Part shown: positions 33,436-46,446 of the stretch, piece by piece
How the letters are laid out: every line of letters begins with the position of its first letter
Position numbering within the stretch: the first letter of the stretch is position 1
Assembly (NCBI GenBank): GCA_023920165.1
Contig: CP089281.1
Span: forward strand, 868,001-932,000
Origin: Curvularia clavata
Lineage: Eukaryota
Direction: 5' to 3'
Length of the DNA stretch: 64,000 bases
The notes under the pieces: generated by a model
Databases searched by the model: none
What the model was told of the DNA's origin: nothing
Seen by the model: the letters and a program-made list of their open reading frames with translations, nothing else
Position numbers and translations under genes: made by a program

Positions 33436-35122
33436 ATGGCGGACCGCATATGGGACCAACCTGCTCTCCTCACCACGGCACCCATATTCGACGATGCTGT
33501 CTACTCCTCAGAGGCCTTGGCCCTGCCCGTCAATCAATCCGAGGACGACCTGGACGCTGAACTAGTCCTGCAGGCTCGCCAATCTGGTATCCATGACCCG
33601 TATCGCTTCGTGCCCTCGCCAGCAGTCGTCTCCCGCGCCATGTCCACCATGACTTTGGACAGTGACCAGACGAGCTCGAGATCGATGCACTCCCAGGAAA
33701 CTCAGTCTACGGGCTTCACTGCGCCTTCCCACGCCTCACGGGACCATGTCTACTCGACCGACTACATGTCTGCCAAGAGGGCGCCTCCACTTCTTGCACA
33801 CGTCTCACCCTCGCTCGAGAATCACCAGCTGTCGGTTGAGCGTACAGAGTGTTTCCTCCAGTCAACAAGATCCTCCGACTTGTCCAATAGGTCCTCTGTC
33901 TCTTCCAACCTATCATCCTCGCACCAAGAGCAGTCCCGTAAAAAGCGAGGCTCAGCCCTCTTCTCTATGTTGCGGAAAGAAGCAAAGCAATTTGCCACTA
34001 CCGGTCTGCATTCTCGTGTTGCCACGTCTTACAGTTATAGCTGCCCTTCACCCTTGCACCATAACCCTCACGGCAAGTCACCGTCGACAGAGTCAGTGTG
34101 TGGCCACTGTGGAAACACGCTTGGACGCTCGTTGCCCAAGAATGCGGCCACAAAGGCAGAGAAGAAGTCCCATTCGAAAAGCAACAGCCAAGTGTCAGTT
34201 GTGTCGCCAGACAGACCATCGCCTCCCAAGACTCCTGACCTCTCTGAGACATCTCTTGCTCAGGCAGATGTGCCTGCTCGACGAGCCAGGCATGAACCAA
34301 TCAACATCGACTCAGCCTTGGCACAAGAAGCCTTCAAGAGCTTCAAGGTCCAGCAGAAGGAACAGTGGGAAAGAGTTTCGACGTTCGAATGCGTCCAGAG
34401 AAAAGCACTCGCAGCACACTACCGAAACGAACTGGAACGGCTTCAGGTGCAATATGAAGCCCGCCAGAGCGAGCGAATCAAACAGGTCAGTGCAACACGT
34501 ACGCCTTGTACATTAACTTACTCACAAGCTGCAGCATGCGAGTGATCTGGACCGGCTAGAAGAGCGCCAAGTGCTCGCAGAACACGACCTCCTAGAAACA
34601 CAGGCGCAGGAGGCACAGAATGTCGCTACCGCGCTAAAATACATCGAGGCCTATTGTCTCGGGAACAGCACTTCACAGGAGCGAACCCATAACGTGACCG
34701 AAGAAGACTTCAAAAAGCTCTACCGCCAAAAGATGCTTCAACAGGACCTACCGCGGAAACATGCTAGTGCCATTAGCGTACTTCGAGCACGACAGGAAGT
34801 AGACTACAAGCGGAGACTAGAGACGCACGAGGCCGAACTAAGGCAGCTAGAGGCCGACCTCAAGAAAGCAGAGTCGACCAAAGAAGCCGAATACAAGAAA
34901 GAGCAAGAGCAATTAGAGGCCTTGATTGAAACACGAAGAAAGCGGCTACAACAAAGATGGGACCTTAGATTCGAAATGTGGCGCCTGGATTGGGAGACGC
35001 AGCACAACACGTCGCTCACTGACAAGCTGGAACACGAAGAGTGGCCGCCAAGAAAGGCAGACCATGTCATTGTCATCCCCGATGCGAGTGCTTTGGCTCA
35101 GTACATCAAGGCTGCTGCATAA
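33436..35122 (+). CDS. Hypothetical protein with Ser-rich middle and C-terminal coiled coil
   Basis: ORF from MADRIWDQP. Intron 34486-34534 joins to HASDLDRLEERQVLAEHDL...LKYIEAYC...SVLRARQE...RWDLRFEMWR, ending at TAA 35122. Confidence 0.75.
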
Positions 35123-36305
35123 GGAGGAGCAAAAATAGTTTCGTTTTTCTTTGCTTTTGTACTCGGTTCCATCCTGGAGGCATTTCCTGCTTCAGCAACC
35201 AAATCCAGGCACCCGGAGGTTTTTCTGTTGCTTTTTTGCTTTTTCTACATGAATACCCACGCATGCGAGCTAATTTGCTTTTTCTCATCCTTCCGAACAT
35301 GAATTTGACTAAGCGTGGCATTCTTTTTCTGGGACCCACCTAACTTGGGTTACGTAAACCTCCATGGCAGTTCACGGGTGTTCCCTGTCTTTTTCTCTGT
35401 CATTTCCATGGCTGTGCAAAGTTATCGACAGGAAGCAGTTAAGGATACCCATACACATCTCTTCTTTTCTTTTTCCTTTACTGTTTTCTTGCTCTATACG
35501 ACCAAACGACTACAATATACCCCTCCCTTCTTTTTCCTTTTTGCTCTCGTTCCTTCCTACATACATCTACGTTCTTTCTCTCTTTTCTTCTGTTGCTTCG
35601 GCGCCGTATTAGATGGAAGGAATCAACGCTACTCAGCTCTCTTTTGCTTTTGGGAACCACGAGAACAAGAATAAAGAGTACGCCTGTATACACGCGACTT
35701 GGAAGTATGTATACTATTTACATAGTTGCAATGAGGAAATGTCTAATTCAAGCAATGTTGCTGATGCGTGCGCTGAGTTAAACTCGTACTCTCGTATTGG
35801 TTGGAAGGAGTGGCTTAAGGTCTTCTTTCTCCTTTTTAAGCGGAGTTTATTCTTCGGGGAAGAAGAAAGCACATAGCTAAAAGAGCCAAGACTACCGCCT
35901 AGAGCAGCAAAGGAAAAGAGACGTTCGGGGCGTTTCTCCGGCGCAGGGTCTGACGCAGCTGTTCAAAGAAAAGAAAACAGTAGTAAATGACCGTTCCTTT
36001 CTCCTCGGCATTGCTTGGTACAAAGTTTCGTTTCTTCTTTTATTTGCACACTAAGTGAATCCATGGGAAAGAATAGACGAGATAAGAGTTACCATGTTCA
36101 TGCATACGAACCACTTCCTTTCTTTTAGCTATCTTTGTGACAGGACAATAGCGGAAAATATACACTCTCTACGTTTCTACCATCTAGCATGAGTTGGTTG
36201 GGGGGTATATCTCTACCTATCATAAACACATCATCAATCATTTTCATCGTTCCAGGAAGAAGAAGAAAAAGCATGGAAAGACCCAAGCCACTCTACTACC
36301 CGGGG

Positions 36306-38032
36306 TCAAACATCGCCATTATACTGCTCCACTGGCGCCAGCATATCCCACTGCAAGTCCGTCTGGGCATCTAGCGCAGGCGGCAGCCCGCTCAGACCCA
36401 TCTGCGCATCCATTTCCGCCTCCTCAGCCAGCAACGAAAGATGATCGAACTGGTGCGTAGGTGTAAGCATTCCCGCGCCACCCTTTGCATCATGACACGG
36501 CAGTGCCGCCGCGCCATCCGTAAAATACGGTCCGGGCGTCTGCGGCATACTAGGTGTAGCCGAGTCCAAAAACGCCTGATTGAGCGATTCGTCGTAGCCT
36601 CCGATCCAGAACTGGCCACCGGTCATGGCATCGCGTTCCAGAATGCGCTCTTCGATCTGGTCCTCGGGCAGATTGTGCTCGGCGCGCAGGTGGCGGCGAA
36701 GGTCGCGATCGAGGTAGAAGCGATACGCACACGATGGCATCAGACAGGCTACCTCGCGGGTTTCGTTGTAGCCGACGCCGGTGAGCAGCGTCAGCATCGA
36801 GGGCTCGGGCTTCTTTTGGGATTTTTTGGCCGCTTGTCGGCGTTGTTTGCGGGTGCCCAGGTTGAGGTGGTGCGTTCGGACGTGTTGGTCGAGAGAGGAT
36901 TTCGCTTTGAACATGGCGCCGCAGGCGTTTGAGCCGTTCCAGGCTTGCAGATCGGCGTGCTTGGAGGTTTTCACGGCGGTGGGGGTACAAGTATATTTGG
37001 CTTGATTGTCGTGGACGGCCTGGATGTGTACGGTTAGGTTGTGCTTGCGGTTGAAGATACTGTCGCAACCTTCCCGAGGGCAGGGGAACTGTGGTTGGGT
37101 TTGGGGGTCGCCGTGTATGGTTTCAAAGTGTGTCTTGAGTGTGGATGCGTTCTTGAATTGCTGGCCACACTCTGTGCATACTGGTGGGTGGAACTCAAGA
37201 GTATGTGCCTCCAGCTCTGCTTTTGTTGCAAATGATGGTAGTGGTGCTGGGCTTCCAGACTCGGTCTTCGACTCGGCGTCGCTGGCGGTGCTCACGCAGA
37301 GCATACAGAAATAGCCTTGCTCTTGTGCCTCATCATGTGCCCGATGTATATGTCGATTCAATGCACCCTCCGTCTGATACCCACTTGTGCACTTCTCGCC
37401 CGTCTCGCTGTTCACATGCGTACACACATATGGCTTGACTTCCAAATGCTGAGTCTTGACATGTGCCTCGAGAGCTTTGGCCTTTCTAAAGGCCTGATTG
37501 CATGGCGGATATGCGGTGCAATAAAACTTGGATTCATGTACGTCCTTGTGCCTCTGCAGCCTCCCATTGGATGTGAAGCTCTTCCCGCATCCATTCCAGT
37601 CGCATACATATGTTCGCTCAGTTGCCGGATCATTGTGGGCATTCTTGACATGCCGCTGTAGGTGGTCTTTTCGAGGAAACGTTTTTCCACATCCAACTTC
37701 GGTGCAGGCAAATGGGCGCTCGTTGTTGTGGCTTCGCATGTGTGTCTCGAGGCGGCATGGTCGGTTGAATCGCTGGGAACACGTGGGACAGACATAATTC
37801 CACTGGCGGCGAGCTTCACTTTCTGCCCTCAGCTTCCCATCGCCGGTGTAGGTTGCCATCCAGTCGACTGAACCATCTGAGGCATAGTCCTCTTCAATGA
37901 CCTCCACCGCATCACCTCCGAAATGTTAGCTTTTGATATCGACGTCATGGCAGTCTGCGGAGTTGTACCTGTCCGAGGCCTCTTGAGAAGCGCACAGTCG
38001 GCCTCATCTGGGAACTGGCGCTTTACAGCCAT
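36306..38032 (-). CDS. Transcription factor IIIA (10 C2H2 zinc fingers)
   Basis: Nine tandem C2H2 fingers, a basic spacer with LTLLTGVGY, then a tenth finger. Exon 1 starts at ATG 38032, intron 37916-37968. Position divergent from RPB6 matches yeast PZF1/TFC2. Confidence 0.85.
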
Positions 38033-38289
38033 AGTTGTGTCAAAAGTACACAAACAAATGGCAGAAAGCGGCTCGCTGATGCGGAGAACCTGGATCAAAA
38101 TTCGGGGTCCACTGTATTTTCGACGCGCCAAGATTTCGCGGGCTAGTGCCTGCGCCGATCGGCAACAAAGTCCAGAGCTTTCTTCTTTGACCGTCGCATC
38201 AGGCACACCGCATTGCTGCAACATCGCACACGCCCAAAACCACACTCTCTCGATAAAGCAAACGCCCTCTTACAGATCCCATCGCGACC

Positions 38290-38903
38290 ATGTCTGACAA
38301 CGGTGACGACTACGATGGCGCCGGTGACATGTATGTGCATCCGCTTCCCTAGCCGCAGAGTCTTTAGACTTGAATGGCGCAAATGAGCACGGCTAACATG
38401 AACAGCGATGAGCCTCTCATCGATTTCGATGAGGAAGCCGAGCCCGATCTCATGGATGACGAGGACGACCAGATGGGCGGCGGCGGCGAGGACCCAGACA
38501 ACGCCGACCCCAACGACGACAACGTAGTAGTATCTGGCGACGCCAACGCAGCAGCAGCAGCCAGAGAAGCGGCAAAGAATACTGTTACGAGCGAGAAGGA
38601 CAAGAAGGTCCCCAACGACAAGCGCACGACCACTCCATACATGACCAAGTACGAAAAGGCACGCGTGCTTGGCACAAGGGCGCTCCAGATTAGGTATGCG
38701 CAGTATTCTGGACATACCAAGCACAGCTAGATTAACCAATTTGCAGTGGTAACGCTCCAGTTTTGATTGATGTCGAAGGCATGACGGACCCCCTTCAGAT
38801 TGCTGCCAAGGAACTGCAAGAGAAGAAGATTCCTCTGGTTGTACGGAGATATCTGCCTGACGGCTTCTACGAGGACTGGACTTGTGAAGAACTCCTGATC
38901 TAG
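38290..38903 (+). CDS. RPB6: RNA polymerase I/II/III shared subunit Rpb6 (Rpo26)
   Basis: Exons 38290-38330, 38406-38693, 38747-38903: acidic N-terminus, [32 protein letters not shown]...[38 protein letters not shown]. Confidence 0.97.
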
Positions 38904-39171
38904 AGGCTATCTGTTGGGTTGCATTGGTATGGAGTTTGATTTGCTAGTGGATTGTCGGACATTTCGGCGAATGGAGTCTTATCTGAGTGGTTGCGCAATT
39001 ATATCCCGAATCTCATCCGATTCCCGTTAACTCCAAGCCTTCTCCGTTGCATGTGCGGACCCGCGGATCTGATTCCTATAACGAGCCAAAAGACTAGAGC
39101 AAGGTGGGGTAGCTAACGTAGCTATTCATTCCCCCCCCCCCCCGCACTAATTCCAGGCACAACGTCACTCT

Positions 39172-40289
39172 ATGCGGCAGTTCACAAAACTTCTAAAGGC
39201 CCCTCGTCTTGCATCTGCATTCCAACCTTCTGCACCGCGTTTTCTCTCCTACACTGCACGATCCGCCATGTCGTTCGAAACCACAGCAACCATTGCCTCC
39301 TTTGGAGGCAAGCTTCTCAAGCTCAAGCACAAGTCTGCCAGCACAAACACAGACATGGAATTGAACATGTTCCTACCCCCACAAGCACTCAAGTCCGGCG
39401 CAAAGGTGCCTGTACTTTTCTACCTTTCTGGCCTCACATGCACTGGCAACAACTGCTCAGAAAAGGGCTTCTTCCAGCATGGCGCCGCCCAGCATGGCAT
39501 TGCCATTGTATATCCCGACACTTCGCCGCGTATGTTGTTGTTACTGGAGAGAATGCCTTGAGCACCCAACTAACCCCCTCCTAGGAGGCCTCCAGATCGA
39601 AGGCGAGGACGAAGCATACGACTTTGGCTCTGGCGCAGGCTTCTACGTAGATGCCACCAAGGAGCCATGGACCAAAGGCTACAACATGTACTCATACATC
39701 ACCAAGGAACTTCCCGATGCGCTCTTTTCATCCTTTAAGGAGCTGGACTCTAGCAGAGTTAGCATCACGGGTCACAGCATGGGAGGCCACGGCGCATTGA
39801 CTCTGGTATGTTGGATGTGACGGTCATGCAGTCACCGATACTGACGCATGTGTCTAGTTCCTCAAGAACCCTGGAAAGTACAAGTCCGTTTCTGCATTTG
39901 CGCCCATTGCCAACCCAATCAACTGCCCATGGGGCCAGAAGGCATTCAAGGGATACTTTGGTGAAGACCAACAACAAAAGTGGAAGGAGCATGATGCTAC
40001 AGAGCTAGTAAAGCAGTGGAAGGGCCCTCTGGAGATGCTCATCGACGTTGTACGTATTTCGAGCCACCGAATATTCTGCTGCTTTTACTAAGAATACCAG
40101 GGAACCGGAGACAACTTTTACAAGCAAGGGCAACTGTTGCCTGAGAATTTTATGCAGGCGGCCAAGGAAGCTGGTAATGATAAGGGTATCCAACTCCGTA
40201 TGCAGCCCGACTACGATCACAGCTACTACTTTATGGCAACATTTGCGGACGATCACGTCGCATGGGCGGCAAAACACTTGGGAGCATAG
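39172..40289 (+). CDS. S-formylglutathione hydrolase (esterase D)
   Basis: [64 protein letters not shown]. Introns 39530-39584, 39806-39857, 40050-40100. Core starts at ATG 39268 with an in-frame upstream ATG at 39172. Alternative 3' end extends to 40368 (see findings). Confidence 0.95.
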
Positions 40290-41121
40290 TAAGTACGTGC
40301 GACTTTTGTCCCAACGATAGCTTGCTAACGACGACAGAAGCGGGTCAGGTCTGAAAGGAAAGCTATAGACTGGAGATGGCATTTGTTCGAGATTGGCATG
40401 AGCTGGCGGCTCCGTGTGCTTGTCATGACACAACAGGCCCCACATTTCAGCATAGAGCATGGTGCTGGGTTCGCAGGAAGCTGCAGCTCCTCCATTACAA
40501 ATTTACAATTCTAAACTTTTGATTCTATCAGTGTAGAAACTTGCCTAGTGACTTCTTGTAAAATCGTCTGTTCAGAATAATTTCCCCCAAACCCGAATCT
40601 TTATGATACACCTAGTCAAGTGAAAGTCAAGTAAAGGACCCGCCACTTAAATGTAAAAGTGATCGGGTAGCTACGTCGCCGACTATTTTTTGTGCGCACG
40701 TGTCACTCGGTGGAAATTGGGCGTACCTAAGCATCCCACCATGAAAAGCAGCCTTGGCACTCACACTCCAGTCATTCCTCAGCTCTTTTCGTCGCAACAC
40801 TGCAACCAAGATTGAAGCTCACGCTTGTTGTTTACTCTGGAGCTACTGTTGTCTTCTGTACCTGCAACAAAGCTCGTCTGTCAACTTTATTACAAATTTC
40901 CCTTTGCACACGCCGTACGTTAGCCCCTCGTGCCCCGCCTCTCTGCCTACACCGCTGAACGCTTTCACGATGCAGACTTCACGTCCCACTCCATGACCCA
41001 ATAGCGCTCAAATCGACCGAGTACCCTTAAATAACTCCGATGCGCACCATATAGCCCGGAACACACCCGCTCCTGACTTGTGATCCAAACCTATCCGCCC
41101 GGAATCGAGCCAGTGGAGGAA

Positions 41122-44100
41122 ATGGAGGAACAGGTAGGCACGCCCGATTGCCTCGCTACACCACAGTCCCTACAATGATGCTTATTCGGAAACTCTCAAG
41201 GTCGAAAATGCCATCCAAATCGCCGCCGATCCTACGTCGAGCCAGGAGGTGCGCGGTCAAGCGATTGGATACCTAGAACAGCTGCGGTCGGAAGGCTCCG
41301 CATGGCAAGCAGCCCTTGCACTCTTCACACGCAACCCTCGTGCTACCGATTTCGTCCGGCATACCTCGCTCGACCTCGTCAACAATGCCATCCAGGAGCA
41401 CCGCTTGGATGAGCAGGGCACTACCTATATCAAGGACACGCTCATGAACCATATCCGCCAGTGCTATGTGCCTGGTGCAACCCCGGACACGAATCACATT
41501 CAGAACAAGCTGATGCAAACTATCACATACCTTTTTGTCGCCTTATACCCGTCTTCATGGCAATCTTTCTTTGACGATTTCCGCGCTCTGGCGGGCGACC
41601 AATCAACCATTGGCAGCGTCAACACTGCTACAACATTCCTATACCTTCGTATGCTCGCTCAAGTCCACGACGAAATAGCAGATCAATTGGTCGCGCGCTC
41701 CGAATATGAAAAGAAGCGGAACACGGAATTGAAGGACCTCATTCGACAGCGGGATGTGCAAAAGATCGCACTGTCATGGCAAGAGATCCTTGCCAAATGG
41801 CGGGACGTGGATCTTGGACTCGTGGAAATGTTGTTGAGGACTATTGGGCGGTGGGTTAGCTGGATCGATATTAACTTGGTGGTCAACCAAGCCATGATCA
41901 CCACTTTCCTGGAAATGGCTGGCCAGCAAGGTATCGCGGATCCCGAGAGTGCTGCCGGAAAGGTGCGCGATGCCGCTATCGACACTTTTTCGGAGATTGT
42001 TGGCAAGAAGATGAGCCCTTCAGACAAGATTGAGCTGATTACTTTTTTGAACCTCGCTGAAGTCGTTGGCCAACTTATCAACAGTCCAGCTTTGGCTGAG
42101 TTCCACAGCCCCAACTACGACAATGATCTCGCAGAGACGGTTGCGAAGCTGGTCAACAACATTGTGTTCGACATTGTCAAGATTCTAGACAACGAAGCAG
42201 TCGACGAGCATGTTCGGCAACGCGCTGATGACCTCATCCGAATCTTCACGCCGTACCTCTTGCGTTTCTTCGCCGACCAATATGACGAAGTCTGTTCCAC
42301 TGTCATTCCATCGCTCACCGATCTCCTGACCTTTCTACGCAAACTGCAACAAAAACATAAATCCGTTCCCCCACAGTATGCAGCTGTGCTGCCACCCGTC
42401 CTGGATGCGATCATTGTAAAGATGAAATATGATGACACTGCATCTTGGGGTGAAGAAGGCGAGCAGACAGACGAGGCCGAATTCCTAGATCTCCGACGGC
42501 GCCTCCATGTCCTGCAACAGACAGTGACCGCTATCGACGAACCTTATTACATCGAGACGCTCAGCCGCCTAGTCAACGGAACATTCGGCCGCCTGTCGCA
42601 AGGTGATCAGTCATTGAGCTGGCGTGATCTCGAATTGGCCCTGTACGAAATGTTCCTATTTGGAGAGCTTGCCATTCGAAACCAAGGACTGTATGCGAAG
42701 CGCGAGCCTTCTTCTGTGGCCGCACAGCAGCTCGTGGTCATGATGAACAGCATGGTAGAGTCTGGCCTTGCGAATCACCCACATCCTGCCGTCCAGTTGC
42801 AATACATGGAGATTTGTGTTCGCTATTACCAGTTCTTCGAGCAGAATCCGGGACTGATTCCCAAGGTCCTCGAGAACTTTGTCAATCTTACACACAGCGA
42901 ACATGTCAAGGTTCGCTCAAGATCCTGGTATCTTTTCCAGCGCTTGGTCAAGCACCTGCGAGCGCAACTGGGCAATGTGTCTTACGATATCATCCAAGCG
43001 GTCGGTGACCTGCTCACAATCAAGGCCGAACTGCCTGATAGTTCGGAAGACGAAATGTCTTCTGATGAAGAAGATCAATCCGCAGATGCGCTCTTCAATT
43101 CTCAGCTGTATCTGTTCGAGGCTATCGGCTGCATTGCCTCTTCAAGCACCGTCTCAGTGGAAAACAAAAAGCTGTACGCACAAACCATTATGAGCCCGCT
43201 GTTCGAGGACATGGAGAAAACTCTTCCTCAAGCCAGAAACGGCGACGAGCGGGCTATACTACAAATTCACCATATCATCATGGCTTTGGGAACGCTGGCA
43301 CGTGGATACTCCGACTGGGTACCTGCAAACAACAGCAGTGCTGTGCCTCACAGTGAGGTTGCAGATGAGTTCTACAAAGCCTCCGAAGCTATTCTTGTCG
43401 CCGTAGAGTCACTGAACTCGTCCAGCTCCATTCGACACGCAGCACGCTTTGCCTTCTCTCGAATGATTGCTGTTCTTGGCTCGCGATTGCTACAGCAGCT
43501 ACCGTCATGGATTGAAGGATTGCTATCACTGAGTTCATCTATGGATGAGATTAGCACCTTCCTCAAAGTTCTGGGCCAAGTCATTTACACCTTCAAGTCA
43601 GAAATCGCGGGTATCTTGGATACAGTGATGAGTCCAGTCCTACAGCGCATCTTCACAGCCTTGGCTATCGTTCCTTCGGGTACAGATGATGAGATTCAGC
43701 TTGCTGAACTTCGCCGGGAGTACCTGAATTTCATTGCTGTGATTCTCGGCAACGGCCTGGGGTCTGTGCTCGTCAGTAACGGTAAGTCGAGGAAATCACA
43801 TTCTTTTTATCATTGCTAATATTATCTAGCAAACCAAGGCACTTTTGAACCTATCATTTCTTCAATCGAAACATTTTCACGCGACACACAAGACTACCAG
43901 ACCGCACGCGTTGCCATCTTCGTATTGACTCGCATGGTTGCTGTGTGGGGCGGACCTGACAAGGTAGGACCTGGCGCGAATGCCACACCTGCTTCGCCCG
44001 ATGCCACCCAGGCACCCCTGCCAGGTTTCGAGAACTACGTAGTAGAGAAGTTCGCTCCCTTGACATGGTCAGTCCCAGGATCACCTGGTTTCAACGCCAA

Positions 44101-44344
44101 GGATGCGCAAGCCAGACTAGTTCTGAAGGAGACGGCGAACCTCCAGCATGAGATCATCAAGAAAGTTGGTGAATCCTACATTGAGCGTCTCAAGAGCGAC
44201 CTTAGTGGCATGGGAGTCGGCGAAGAAGGTCAAGACCAGTATCTGCGTACGCTCGCAGCTTCGTTCGAAGGACCCAAGCAGGAGAAGGAATGGCGCAACT
44301 TCTATGCCCAGTTTGTAGAACGCATGCTTGCGAGCAGGGCTTAG
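41122..44344 (+). CDS. LOS1: Exportin-T (tRNA exportin, Los1)
   Basis: 12-nt first exon MEEQ, introns 41134-41200 and 43782-43829. HEAT-type helical protein with HIQNKLMQ, YLRMLAQVHDEIAD, RNTELKDLIR, IGRWVSWIDINLV, VRSRSWYLFQR, FNSQLYLFEAIG and SGTDDEIQLAELRREYL. Confidence 0.9.
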
Positions 44345-44711
44345 GCTGTTTTCCTAAGGCTCGCATGGAAAAGAAGAGACTGTCGATGTCGAGATGGAGA
44401 CGATTCATCCAATGGGTATATGGCGTCAATCAGCTATTAAAGGCCGGCTTAACTAGGGTATCGGAGGAAAATCATTCTGCATGGTAGCGGGCGCCAGAGG
44501 GAAGCTGGCTCTTTGTTAGGGCATCATAGTGTAATTTTTGTGATAACCCTTTTTTTTCAAATACATCTCCAAACTTGAGCTGGTTTTTTGCTTCGTCTTT
44601 GGAAATGACATCGTGCGCAAACGTGAATGAAATTATACTCATCTAACTTGTCTAAGTGTCTTGATGAAGGGCTTAATTCACAAAACGATGCATTGTACAG
44701 CTAGACATTGT

Positions 44712-45878
44712 TCAAATATTAGAGGTACTCGTCTTAGCTGTGGCTTTGGGAATGCCGATTCCCTCGAGAATGGAGTCAAGCAGCTCGGGCTGGCTGCGCA
44801 GCATATCCCACTCGCCCTGGTTCTTCACCATCATGGTACCAGCGAGTGCGGTACCGTTGAGTGCGACGAAGCCGACCTCTGAGCCGTCGTCACGGCGTAG
44901 CATGGTGCCTTCTGCGCGGCGCGGCAAAATGACCATGCCTGCTGTAGTCATGGCGAGATTGTAACTAATGGGCAGATCGCCGTTTTCGACAGAATTCAAA
45001 GCCAGCTGGTCTGGATGCGACGCAATGAAAGCGTCTACAGAGGCTTTTGCTGCTTTGTACAGTCGGTTGTACATGTCGAGAAGCTGGGAGCCTGAGGGCT
45101 CAGAGTCGAAGGGCTGCGCAAAGTGCGTGAATGGAAGCCGGGGATTTTGGAGCATCCCAGATGGAGTATCTGCGGTAGAGACGTCTTAGCTGTTTCGAAA
45201 AGTCGTGGGGTGGTTGTAGTTGCCATGGGCTTACCAGGTGGACTTGATTCCTGACGCGAGAGAATGAGGTCAATGAGTATGTCCCAGCCAGCTGTCTTTT
45301 CGCTATCGCGCATGCTTTCGACTGGTAGGAATTGAAGGTGTCGGTGGGGCTGAGAAGCGCCGCTGTGCGAGCCTGAATTGAAGAAGGCTAGGAGACGCTT
45401 TTGTGAGTTATTTCCGCTATCGTGCCATGCTTTCAAGCAGGCGTAGGTCGCCTCGAGATCGTCTTGTTCGAGCGCGTGTGTCTGGGCCTTGTTTGGCTTC
45501 GTAGCGAGAATGAAGTGCTGGGATATTATAGGGAACTTATTAAGGACGAGGAAGTGGGTGGGATTCGTAGCCGGGATATCAACGAGGTGTAGCGCTTCTG
45601 GCGGATTTTCAAAAGGATCAATCTTCTGCTTGGGTGTAGCACCCGCGAGGTTTGGGAGAGGCTTCTTAGCAAGTGATGGGCAATAGCGCAATTGGAACTG
45701 TGTCTTTGTAAGTAGGTTGTTATGGGCTCGCGTGGGTACTTACAGGAATGCCGCTCGAGGTACGAATGATTGCCAAATCTGTTGGCGAGAAGACCAATTC
45801 TGACGAGGCTTTCGCTGCCTCGAATTTGCGCTTCACAATGCCCGGTAGAGCTTCCGCCAATTCGAGCGCCATTCTCAT
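44712..45878 (-). CDS. Ap4A phosphorylase / ATP adenylyltransferase (Apa1/Apa2 family)
   Basis: FQLRYCPSLAKKP, DPFENP, LVLNKFPI...HFILAT, FFNSGSHSGASQPHRHLQF (HxHxQ), SYNLAMT...ILPR, LNGTALAGTMMVK. Introns 45698-45743 and 45170-45234. Start at 45878 or 45872. Confidence 0.92.
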
Positions 45879-46446
45879 GAGTGCGGTTGGAGAGGTGTGT
45901 CGTGGGCATGTTGTTGGTAGCTGCAGCTAAGCTTCAGGTTCCGAGTTATCGATAACGCCCAAGTCAACGTCATACATCAAACCGCAACCTCACAACTCCA
46001 TCATCACGACGATATGGTCAGAGGGCTTCAGAAACAAGACTGGTTTACTAACTAATGACTTTTTATTGCACTCCAGCAGAGATGAAGTGCATAAAACCCC
46101 CCACCATCCGAGGCCAACCCTCCCTCCATGGTGATGAAGACCTGTTGACAAACTCCATAAAATCATGTTGATATACCCGATCATAAAGACTTAAGAAAAA
46201 ACCTACGAGCTCAAAAACAGTCTCCGACAGAGTCGCCCAAGAAGCTTCACAAGTTTGAAGCTAGGCAAAGCCACTACAAAGAAATATCAAAGCAAAAAAA
46301 AAAGATCAAGTACCCAGATATCACGACAAGAAAATAAAACGCCCAGATGAAAAAAAGAAAGCAAAACACCTAGATACAAAAACAAGATGATGAAAAAACG
46401 CCCAGATATGAAAGCAAGGAAAAAAAGAAGAGAAAAAATACAGCAC

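Noticed and set aside
33662..34516. 284-aa overlapping ORF in another plus-strand frame
   Set aside because: GTG start, R/S/P-rich composition typical of off-frame translation, fully inside the main CDS.
39131..39143. C13 homopolymer upstream of the S-formylglutathione hydrolase gene
   Set aside because: Simple run outside the CDS with no evidence of function.
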